DNA from: a virus | Taxonomy: Duplodnaviria > Caudoviricetes | Direction: 5' to 3' (one strand) | IMG/VR virus record: IMGVR_UViG_3300020112_000191 | Span: 1 to 64,000 of that record | Length of the DNA: 64,000 bases | Part shown: in pieces, positions 17,254-25,565 of the stretch | Numbering within the stretch: the stretch's first letter is position 1 | Layout of the letters: each line of letters opens with the position of its first letter | The notes under the pieces: model-generated | Database searches by the model: none | Told to the model about the DNA's origin: nothing | Seen by the model: the letters and a program-made list of their open reading frames with translations, nothing else | Made by a program: the position numbers and the translations under genes

Positions 17254-17638
17254 AGACGGCAGCAAAATAGCACTTGGCGATAAAATTACAGTAACAATAA
17301 CCGAAACGTATGAGGATAAAGAATTTACTCATATAATTTCTATTATACTTGATGCAAAACTCGCTAAGAAGCTTACAGAAGAAGGTGCATTGAAGCCAGA
17401 CGTGCCTGTAGAAATGGCTAAATTCGAGAGAATTCTACAGGAATATTCGCATTATTCTGGTGTCGAAGTATCTAAACTAAGAGATTCATTATATATAGCA
17501 GCAAACGTTAGCGCAGAAGCATTCTATGCATTGCTGATATACATGAATGATCTTGTTGAAGGAGCTACCGACATCGAATACGATGAAGCTACTATCGTAA
17601 CTGATGTAATGTACAATTATATTACGAAGGGGAAATAA
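17234..17638 (+). CDS. hypothetical protein
   Basis: 134-aa coupled ORF. Confidence 0.65.
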   Translation: MTQYLTEDGSKIALGDKITVTITETYEDKEFTHIISIILDAKLAKKLTEEGALKPDVPVEMAKFERILQEYSHYSGVEVSKLRDSLYIAANVSAEAFYALLIYMNDLVEGATDIEYDEATIVTDVMYNYITKGK

Positions 17639-18069
17639 TGGAGAATAAGAAAATTAAGAACGTCAAAACCAGAGAGTTTGATGGCATAAAGTTTAGATCA
17701 GATTTAGAGCTAAGAGCTTACAAAGTATTAAAAGCCAGTGGTCTTAATTTTTCTTATGAACCAGAATCTGAAGTGTTATTAAAAGGCTTTAAATGTGACG
17801 TACCTCGCTTTATCAAAGGTAAATGGTGCAAAGAAGGCGAGAAACTACGTGACTGGACTTATACACCAGATTTCGTAATCGAGACAGATTCTAAGAAGAT
17901 CTATGTCGAGATGAAGGGATTTGGGAACGATACTCTACCTCTGAAAAGAAAGATGTTTTTATACAAACTATGTCTTCAAAGATTAGAGGCACTATTTCAA
18001 GGTAAAACAGAAGAGTACTGGGAAATATACAAAATCTCAGAACTAGAAAAATTAGTTAAAGAACTATGA
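17638..18069 (+). CDS. PD-(D/E)XK endonuclease, T7 endonuclease I / DUF1064-like resolvase
   Basis: FDGIKFRSDLE, YEPE, YTPDF, VEMKG. Confidence 0.85.
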   Translation: MENKKIKNVKTREFDGIKFRSDLELRAYKVLKASGLNFSYEPESEVLLKGFKCDVPRFIKGKWCKEGEKLRDWTYTPDFVIETDSKKIYVEMKGFGNDTLPLKRKMFLYKLCLQRLEALFQGKTEEYWEIYKISELEKLVKEL

Positions 18070-18605
18070 ATAACATTATAGAGAAGAACAATCTCATCAA
18101 GCGCATTAACGAAAATGAAGATCTCAAGAATTTCGTGAAGAGCAATTGTGATGGAGTTTGGACTAAGCTTGGCTACGATAAGCTTATTGATTTGACAGTT
18201 AAGTTTGGCAAGAAGCTGACTAATTTCAGAATCAAGAATAAGCAGCTTACTACAATGCTTCGTAACTCAGTCAATGCGCTTTCTGAAGCTAAAGATCAGT
18301 CAAATGAACTCATGTGCGAATATGCTAAGTCTCGCCAGGCTGTGCGTTATTATCACAAGTGTTTCAATGACGAAGATGGCGTTAGCTTGATGTATATCGC
18401 TAAGGAGCTTTGCGTTAATCCAATCGAGCTTCGTAAGTTCTTGGAGGCCCAGGGCTTCGTTGTAGAGGCTCCTTGGTCTGGTAAGCGTAAGCGTTATGCT
18501 TGTGTAGATCCAGAGAACGGCAAGTGGTATCATGGAGGTAAGCACTATAAGTTCACTTATAAGGGCTACGAGCGCATCAAGGTTTTATTCACTATTAATA
18601 ACTAA
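18066..18605 (+). CDS. antirepressor-like protein with a C-terminal KilAC/ANT-type domain
   Basis: SLMYIAKELCVNPIELRKFLEAQG...KFTYKGYERI. Confidence 0.6.
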   Translation: MNNIIEKNNLIKRINENEDLKNFVKSNCDGVWTKLGYDKLIDLTVKFGKKLTNFRIKNKQLTTMLRNSVNALSEAKDQSNELMCEYAKSRQAVRYYHKCFNDEDGVSLMYIAKELCVNPIELRKFLEAQGFVVEAPWSGKRKRYACVDPENGKWYHGGKHYKFTYKGYERIKVLFTINN

Positions 18606-18609
18606 AAAC

Positions 18610-19623
18610 ATGGAATTGATAAATAATAATCAGTATATAGAATTGCATACACTTGTCCAAAATCTTGGATGGAGAAGAGATAGTGTACTTAGACTCGTCA
18701 AAAGGTTACTTACACAGAAAGGTGGAGTAACTGATTATCAGGTAGTTACATATAAAAGAAAACAATCTACTGGATCAATCAATGGCGTTGAGCGTTTTAA
18801 AGATATAACAGATTATAAACTCACAATGAAGGGAGTTGAGCTAATTTGCTTATCGTTAAAAGGAGAGCAGGGTGATGCATTTCGTAAAGCTGCAATAGAA
18901 TTGTTCCATCAAACTGCGGCTGCTAAGCTTCAGGATGAGGTAGCTCTCTCTATGAATGAGCGTGCAATCGTTACTCTCCAAAATCAGTTTACTACATTAC
19001 AGAGTCGAATAGTAGCTCTTGAGAATCTTGATATAGACAAGCGTCTTGATGCAGCTTCAACAGCTATATCTACAATTGAGGCTCGTGTCAATAAAGCTTC
19101 AGAATGGGCTGTAGAGCAAATGAAGAAGGACGCAGCAATTGAGCGTCAGCTTGTTCTAATTAAGAAGATTGCTGAAGCTGGTCCTACGAATTATGAGCCG
19201 CGTAAGAATACTCTTGCTCAGATTTGCAAGGTAATCAAGATGAAGCTTGCTGACGCTAAGAAGAAGCTTTCTGTAGCCCATGTAGATTCTAAGTATTTCG
19301 TCACCAAGACAGATAAGTACGGCGAATACGATGAGTTCACTCTCGAAGGCGTAAAGTGGCTTAAGGCATATTTAAAGAATTCTGGTTGGAATTCTCTTGT
19401 CAAGAAGGAAACACCAAAGTGGATGGATATTGCTGAGTTGGCTGCAGAACTAAATATTCCACAGACTGCTGTAATCGAGTATCTCTACAAGAAGGGCGTA
19501 ATTAGCTCTACAAAGACTCTGAAGATCACTCCATTCGGTATGCGCAATTACTATGCTAAGTATTTCGGTGAGACACTTATCATTTCTCCTGAGTTCATTG
19601 CAATAATTAAGAAGGCGTTCTAA
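18610..19623 (+). CDS. antirepressor-like protein (AntA/Rha-like N-terminus, coiled coil, KilAC-like C-terminus)
   Basis: DYKLTMKGVELICL..GDAFRK; FTLEGVKWL; IAELAAEL..ITPFG; probable start MELINN. Confidence 0.55.
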   Translation: MELINNNQYIELHTLVQNLGWRRDSVLRLVKRLLTQKGGVTDYQVVTYKRKQSTGSINGVERFKDITDYKLTMKGVELICLSLKGEQGDAFRKAAIELFHQTAAAKLQDEVALSMNERAIVTLQNQFTTLQSRIVALENLDIDKRLDAASTAISTIEARVNKASEWAVEQMKKDAAIERQLVLIKKIAEAGPTNYEPRKNTLAQICKVIKMKLADAKKKLSVAHVDSKYFVTKTDKYGEYDEFTLEGVKWLKAYLKNSGWNSLVKKETPKWMDIAELAAELNIPQTAVIEYLYKKGVISSTKTLKITPFGMRNYYAKYFGETLIISPEFIAIIKKAF

Positions 19624-20027
19624 TGAAGAAGATATTCATTCTAATTCTGATAGCATTCTCATTACAAGCTGAGGCTCAAGAGAGAGATACGATACCATTG
19701 ACAGTCCACAAGAATCACATCTATTTTTACGCAGTTGATACTAATAACGATTGCCTTAGAATTTTGGTTGATACTGGGGCTAAAATGTGTGTCGTATTCG
19801 ACAAAAAAGTGTTAATAAACAAAATAGGCTACAGGATGCATCTCGCTGGACTTAATGGTTCGTCCAAAGTTACTACAATAGGTACTCTAAAGACGAACTT
19901 ATTTGAGACTTATGCTTATCGTGTTAAAGAAAACAAACCGTACGATGCTATCATTGGATTAGATTGGATGATTGAGCATGAGGTTATAATTGATTTACCA
20001 AACAAGCGGCTAATATATAAGCCGTAG
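19623..20027 (+). CDS. secreted retropepsin-like aspartyl protease
   Basis: signal peptide, LVDTGA, DAIIGLDW. Confidence 0.85.
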   Translation: MKKIFILILIAFSLQAEAQERDTIPLTVHKNHIYFYAVDTNNDCLRILVDTGAKMCVVFDKKVLINKIGYRMHLAGLNGSSKVTTIGTLKTNLFETYAYRVKENKPYDAIIGLDWMIEHEVIIDLPNKRLIYKP

Positions 20028-20105
20028 TCATTCGGAAGACTTAAAAACACTTACTGAAGAGGCCGAACGAGACAGTGCCTGGGAGCAATCCTGGGCACTG
20101 TCTAA
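20026..20105 (+). ncRNA. variant type I hammerhead ribozyme with kissing loop (HH3); cleavage after C20102
   Basis: UUA/UAA stem I, CUGAAGA, G-(GCCGAA)-C, GAGA, ~12-bp stem III with GCAA loop, GUC; upstream hairpin loop UUCGG is complementary to CCGAA. Confidence 0.7.
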
Positions 20106-20143
20106 ATAGGGAATATTCCCGCAAAACTTAAAAAACTTAACAA

Positions 20144-20479
20144 ATGATAACTACTGCATATCAGTTTATAAACAACAACAAGCCAGTCGTTAATCAAATT
20201 GTAATATTTGAAACTGGACGAGGTGTAAATCGCGTTACATTTCAGAGTTACGAGACACCAGTTTGCTGCATTGATTCTCAGCATAAGACTATTACCTTCA
20301 AGGAATGGTTTCCAGAAAATAAGAATAAATTTTGGTCTAAGACAACAAGAAAGTATTTGTACAAATTTCTTTATCAGCAAGGATTCGGTTTTTGGAATAT
20401 AAAGACTCTCAGAACAGCCATTGCTGACAAGAGTTTTGAACGTTATCATGTAACTTGGAAAGTAAAATATGTATTCTAA
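20144..20479 (+). CDS. hypothetical phage protein
   Basis: FQSYET..WSKTTRKYLYKFL; A-rich leader. Confidence 0.7.
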   Translation: MITTAYQFINNNKPVVNQIVIFETGRGVNRVTFQSYETPVCCIDSQHKTITFKEWFPENKNKFWSKTTRKYLYKFLYQQGFGFWNIKTLRTAIADKSFERYHVTWKVKYVF

Positions 20480-20729
20480 AGACAAATGGGCAATTGGCGT
20501 TCCGTTCACTAGGTTTATTTGGCATGGTGAATGGAACGCCCCAGAAGTCGCTATGTGCGGCACAAGAGTTAATTATTGCGATTTTGAAGACATTGTTTGG
20601 CATGAAGTAGAGTCGATATTTGATACCAAAATTGATGATTGGGAAGATTTCGATATTCATTTCAATAAACTCAAACATTGCGATAAAGTCGGTATTTATA
20701 ATAAAGTTAAGAGTTTGTTATGCGAGTGA
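20469..20729 (+). CDS. hypothetical protein
   Basis: overlapping 86-aa ORF. Confidence 0.6.
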   Translation: MYSKDKWAIGVPFTRFIWHGEWNAPEVAMCGTRVNYCDFEDIVWHEVESIFDTKIDDWEDFDIHFNKLKHCDKVGIYNKVKSLLCE

Positions 20730-20732
20730 GTA

Positions 20733-20924
20733 ATGGCTTGGAATCAGAAAGATTGGGATGAATACAGCGAAGATATAGACGAAAGAATGCGCAAAAGATG
20801 GTCTGGGAATGTAGATCTAGGTGCAACGTCTGAAGAGCCTGTAGAACAGCCTAAAATCGAGGAAAAGCCACAATGTATAACAGAAGAGAGGGCTGTATGG
20901 ACTCAGCTCTCTCTATTTGACTAA
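20733..20924 (+). CDS. small acidic protein ending in a beta-clamp-binding-like motif
   Basis: C-terminal QLSLFD matches the QL[S/D]LF consensus. Confidence 0.65.
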   Translation: MAWNQKDWDEYSEDIDERMRKRWSGNVDLGATSEEPVEQPKIEEKPQCITEERAVWTQLSLFD

Positions 20925-20927
20925 ATT

Positions 20928-21506
20928 ATGGCTATAATTAACGAAAAGACTTGTAAGGTTGATAAATCATCAATCAAGGGAAACTGGGATGCTAACGCTT
21001 GGTTTGCGGCCCTTATGATCTATAATGATATTGATATAAACGAAGGAATTGACTATCTTCTAAAGCGAGAGCTTGTTGACGATGATGGCAAATTAAAGAA
21101 GAGTGCCGAATTAACATTAGTAAACATTGCTAAGAAGAATACTCTTGACGTTGTTAAGTCTAGCTCATTTATGGAAGTTGCAGAGGAATTCAAGAAGATT
21201 TGGCCTAAAGGCAAGAAGCCTCAAACCAATAATCCTTGGTGTTGCTCTGTAATTTTATTAGCTAAGCGACTCGAACAATGGAACAAGAAGTACAATACCG
21301 CTGGATATACCAATAATCAGATTATTGAAGCAGCAAGGATGTATGTAGAAACAAATAAGTCATCAGAATTCATGCGTACAGCAGAATATTTTATATTCAA
21401 GAATGATTCTAGTCGAGAGACTAGCGATTTGCTTAATATACTTGATGATCCAAGCTGCTTGAACGAAATGTCCGCAAGGAATGATATGTTTAAATTAGCA
21501 TTTTAA
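20928..21506 (+). CDS. putative replication initiator / replisome organiser
   Basis: EEFKKIWPK..IIEAARMYV..FMRTAEYFI resembles the C-terminal domain of phage initiators. Confidence 0.5.
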   Translation: MAIINEKTCKVDKSSIKGNWDANAWFAALMIYNDIDINEGIDYLLKRELVDDDGKLKKSAELTLVNIAKKNTLDVVKSSSFMEVAEEFKKIWPKGKKPQTNNPWCCSVILLAKRLEQWNKKYNTAGYTNNQIIEAARMYVETNKSSEFMRTAEYFIFKNDSSRETSDLLNILDDPSCLNEMSARNDMFKLAF

Positions 21507-21508
21507 CA

Positions 21509-22153
21509 ATGAAAGAATATAAATTTAGAATAGACGAGAGTCACGTAGCATTCATTACTGTTAAATGTGACGATAATGTTACTTATTCAGAGGCCAAAGA
21601 AAAGGTTAAAGATCGTTATCTTAACGATGAATTTAGTCTAACACGGACTTGCTACGATATAGACAAAGCAGACTATAATGATGACGAGGCTGACGAAGTA
21701 ATAACAATTACCGATGAAGAACTATGATGAAGAGATTGATTTTATAATCAATCATTATTCAGAAGCAGACGCATTAAAGAAACTTGAAGAGCTTGATCGT
21801 GACTTTAAGAAGCACTTTCGAGCCATTCAAGAGGCGTATCAGCGAGCTAAGTATTATGGCTCTCAAATAAATAGTGCATTACGAATCTTAAGAAGCAAAT
21901 TTGAATGAATGCAGAAGATATAAAGACAATTGTAGAGAATCTATTACCAGGCGAGAGATTGAGAATTATTACAGATCTCGTATATAATGGTACATCTGCA
22001 ACATTCACTATTGATCGAGAAGATTTGACTATTACGAATTCTTGCGTAGTAAGAATAGATGGAAGAGATAAATGTGCTCCGTTTGCAGACTATGGCGGCA
22101 TTATTTATCTTGATGTTAAGTCCATAAAAATGATAATAAATGTTATTAGATAA
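21509..22153 (+). other. three small hypothetical ORFs (21509-21727, 21714-21908, 21905-22153)
   Basis: overlapping start/stop codons. Confidence 0.6.
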
Positions 22154-23135
22154 TATAATCTGGAAGGCAGATGAAGAAACATACAGGAATACTGGAATAC
22201 ATTATAGCGATATTAGCGACTTTATTTCCACAGGCTTCCGTCAATCATGGGAAAAAGTCAGAATCCAGACAAAAGCGTTGACAATTGGATCAGCTGTCGA
22301 TTGTATTCTTACAGATGGCGGCTGGGAAGAGTTTGAAAAGCGTTATTACCTTAATTCAGAATCTATAGATGAGAAAGTTGTCGGTTTGTATCAATACGCT
22401 GGTGGTCTTAAGTATAATGACATTAGCGACGATGTTAAAATTGAGTACCTTGATAATATTTCTTATTGTCAGAAGATGAAGCCAGAGACTCGCCTTGAGA
22501 GATTAAATGCTCTCCAGGGCCAGTATGACACATATTTCAACAATAAGGATAAACAAGCTGTAACTCTTGAAGAGTACGATGTGATTCGTAGCTGTGTAGA
22601 TGCAGTTAAGAAGGATCCTAAGCTCTGGTTTATGGAGAAGTCTGGCAATCGTACAGAAGGCGATATAGAGATCTATTTTCAGCCTAAATTTAAGACTACG
22701 ATAAATAATGTCGAATACGCAATTATGTTCGATGTATTACTCGTAAATACGTACACGAAGACTATCTATCCAATGGATCTCAAGACAGCTTCTGTAGAGG
22801 AATGGAATTTCGTTGACAACTTTAAGAAGTATCATTACGATGTTCAGGCTCATCTCTACACAGCTGTGCTTACCAAGATTCTCGAAGACAACGGAATGAA
22901 TGATTTTACTATGGAGAATTTCACATTCATAGTAGTCGGTAAACAGACATTCACGCCTCTTACATGGGAGTATGAAGACTCTCGTCGTTATGAAGAGACA
23001 ATAAAGTATCCTACTTATGTATCTAAGCCAGTTCTGGAATTGGGCCATCAGCTTGCTATTTATAAAGCAACAACGCCAAAAGTTCCAGTAGATATAGATA
23101 TAGAAAACAACAATTCAATTTGCAACAGACTATGA
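22140..23135 (+). CDS. PD-(D/E)XK exonuclease (RecE/ExoVIII-like)
   Basis: IGSAVD, FDVLLV..MDLKT, YHYDVQAHLY. Confidence 0.85.
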   Translation: MLLDNIIWKADEETYRNTGIHYSDISDFISTGFRQSWEKVRIQTKALTIGSAVDCILTDGGWEEFEKRYYLNSESIDEKVVGLYQYAGGLKYNDISDDVKIEYLDNISYCQKMKPETRLERLNALQGQYDTYFNNKDKQAVTLEEYDVIRSCVDAVKKDPKLWFMEKSGNRTEGDIEIYFQPKFKTTINNVEYAIMFDVLLVNTYTKTIYPMDLKTASVEEWNFVDNFKKYHYDVQAHLYTAVLTKILEDNGMNDFTMENFTFIVVGKQTFTPLTWEYEDSRRYEETIKYPTYVSKPVLELGHQLAIYKATTPKVPVDIDIENNNSICNRL

Positions 23136-25228
23136 TCAAATATTTTAAGAATCGTCAAGGAAAGAGAGAAGCATTTAATATCAGCAAGCCACATATTAAG
23201 TATCTCAAGGCTCTCAAAGAAGTTGGTGCGCTTACTCGAAACAAGATTGCTCTTAAGCAGTTCGAGAATAAGTTTATAGAAGAGGCTGGATCTTGCGACG
23301 TTATCTCAGCAGCAGCGGTGAACGCTATAGTTATGGATATGCTCAAGGAAGCTTGCGTAGATGCAGCCATAGCTTATGATCGTTATTGCCAGCAGAAGAA
23401 GCATTATCGTGATCTCGTCAAAGAGAAGAAGGCACGTATTGCAGCTTACATTAACTCAAACAATAACGCTAACGCAACAGTCGATGACAATAGTAATGTT
23501 CAGACAAAGACTGTAGGTACGCTTAATGCAGAGATCAACAAGAAGGATAATATCGCACTCAATAGAGGAATGATGATGGATAAGCTTGCTGAACTATTCC
23601 CTGATTTCGATCATAAGCAGTATTTGCGTGACCTTAAGAATCACATAATTTACAAGCACGATGAGTCAACAAGTAACTCAGGAGCGACAATGCCATATTG
23701 CGTCTCAATCTCAATGTATCCATTCATCAACAATGGACTCAAAGGATTCGGGTACAAGGCTGGCGCACCTAAACATTTACTTAGCTATTGTAGCACTTTT
23801 TGCAATCTTATATTTGCCACTGCTGCTCAGTTCGCAGGAGCTGTAGCTACGTCAGAATTCTTTGTATTCTTCGATTATTTCGTAAGAAAAGAGTTCGGCG
23901 ATGAATGGTACAAAGATGAGAAGATTAAGAAGCAGATTTGTCAGTATTTCCAGATGGTAGTTCATACTATAAATCAGCCAGCTGGCGGTCGAGGTCAGCA
24001 AGCTTGCTTCTGGAATGTGTCAATCTTTGATAGATTCTATTTCGAGTCAATGTTCTCAGGTATGATGTATCCAGATTTTACATCACCAGTATGGGATAGC
24101 ATTAGCGAGCTTCAGAAGCTATTTCTTGTTTGGTTTAGAAACGAGAAGCTGATTGTACCTATGAGTTTTCCAGTAGTAAGCTACTCAATGCTTACCGATG
24201 GCAAGGGTACTTATCTGGACGAAGATACATTCGACTTTATGTGCGATAGCTTCTCTAAGGGTGACGATAGCTTCGTTTACAACTCTGATTCAGCTGACTC
24301 TCTTGCATCATGTTGTCGTTTGAAGAATGAGATTGATACTAAGGAGTTCAATTTCACCAATGGCAATATCGGTATTCAGACTGGCTCTAAGTCGGTAATT
24401 ACCTTGAATCTGAATCGCATTATTCAGAATGAGGTTAATGGTAACGAACGCCTTGAGGATGTTGTAGATCGTGTTCATAAGTATCAGATAGCTTACAATG
24501 AGCTTATGTGGGATTCTTATAACGCTGGTTTGCTTCCTGTATATGAGTCTGGCTATATTGATCTTGATAAGCAGTTCTTGACAATAGGTATCAATGGCTT
24601 GCATGAGGCAGCTGAGTTCCTTGGACTTGAAGTTAGCGACAATGAAAAATACCAGAAGTTCTGTGATGGAATCGGTAAGCGTATATCTTTATCAAATGAA
24701 GCAGCAAATGGCATTTATTTCGGTCATAATGTAAAGTTCAACTGTGAATATGTTCCAGCCGAATCTCTTGCCGTAAAGAATTATAATTGGGATAAAGCTG
24801 ATGGTTATAAGGTTCCAGAGGATCGCAATCTGTACGCGTCTTATGTATTTATTCCATCTAAGACTACTGATCTTATGACAAGAATTCGTATGCATGGTAC
24901 TAAGTACCTCTCTTCAATGTCTGGTGGTTCAGCTTGTCATTTGAACATTGATAAGCCTCTCGACAAAGAGCAGTATAAGCAGCTGTTCTCTTATATGTCT
25001 AAGGTTGGCTGTTCGTATGCTACATTCAATCTGATATCTTCAGAATGTAATGATTGCGGCTATATCGCTAATGAGCCTCTCGAAGTATGTCCTAAGTGCG
25101 GCGGTAAGCACATTACTCCGTACACTAAGATTATTGGCTATAGAACTCCAGTAACAAGCTGGACTGAAGCTAGAAAGATTGAAGGATTTGGTTTAGGTAA
25201 TATAAAAGGTAGATATTATGGAAAGTAA
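23120..25228 (+). CDS. nrdD: anaerobic (class III) ribonucleotide reductase
   Basis: IYKHD, PYC, SCCRL, TIGING, PAESL, CNDC/CPKC, KIIGY glycyl-radical loop. Confidence 0.95.
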   Translation: MQQTMIKYFKNRQGKREAFNISKPHIKYLKALKEVGALTRNKIALKQFENKFIEEAGSCDVISAAAVNAIVMDMLKEACVDAAIAYDRYCQQKKHYRDLVKEKKARIAAYINSNNNANATVDDNSNVQTKTVGTLNAEINKKDNIALNRGMMMDKLAELFPDFDHKQYLRDLKNHIIYKHDESTSNSGATMPYCVSISMYPFINNGLKGFGYKAGAPKHLLSYCSTFCNLIFATAAQFAGAVATSEFFVFFDYFVRKEFGDEWYKDEKIKKQICQYFQMVVHTINQPAGGRGQQACFWNVSIFDRFYFESMFSGMMYPDFTSPVWDSISELQKLFLVWFRNEKLIVPMSFPVVSYSMLTDGKGTYLDEDTFDFMCDSFSKGDDSFVYNSDSADSLASCCRLKNEIDTKEFNFTNGNIGIQTGSKSVITLNLNRIIQNEVNGNERLEDVVDRVHKYQIAYNELMWDSYNAGLLPVYESGYIDLDKQFLTIGINGLHEAAEFLGLEVSDNEKYQKFCDGIGKRISLSNEAANGIYFGHNVKFNCEYVPAESLAVKNYNWDKADGYKVPEDRNLYASYVFIPSKTTDLMTRIRMHGTKYLSSMSGGSACHLNIDKPLDKEQYKQLFSYMSKVGCSYATFNLISSECNDCGYIANEPLEVCPKCGGKHITPYTKIIGYRTPVTSWTEARKIEGFGLGNIKGRYYGK

Positions 25229-25493
25229 AACAAGGTGGACTGTACTCTTGTTTTTCGCATTCATAGTTCTCAACATCGCATTTGTATTTGCAACAGCAAA
25301 GCATTATAGCGATGAGAATAAGAATATTGAAGCTCAGCTCTCTATTAAGAGGGCTGAACTCAAGGCTCACGAACTTAAATACGAAGAAGATACAGCTTAT
25401 TACAAACAAGCTATTCGTGATATGCAGTATATGCAAGATTCGCTTATTAGCGTAATTCTCGAATACGAACTAAAAGACATCCAGGAGTCTTAA
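25218..25493 (+). CDS. membrane-anchored coiled-coil protein
   Basis: N-terminal TM helix followed by a heptad region. Confidence 0.65.
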   Translation: MESKTRWTVLLFFAFIVLNIAFVFATAKHYSDENKNIEAQLSIKRAELKAHELKYEEDTAYYKQAIRDMQYMQDSLISVILEYELKDIQES

Positions 25494-25547
25494 ACATCCA
25501 CACCGACGAGACTGGACGAAACACCGCTGTGATAGCGGTGTCTGTGG
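25474..25547 (+). ncRNA. variant type I hammerhead ribozyme with kissing loop (HH4); cleavage after C25542
   Basis: CCACA/UGUGG stem I, CCGACGA, G-(ACUGGA)-C, GAAA, stem III CACCGCU/AGCGGUG, GUC; upstream hairpin loop UCCAG is complementary to CUGGA. Confidence 0.85.
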
Positions 25548-25565
25548 TCAATAAAATTAACTAAA

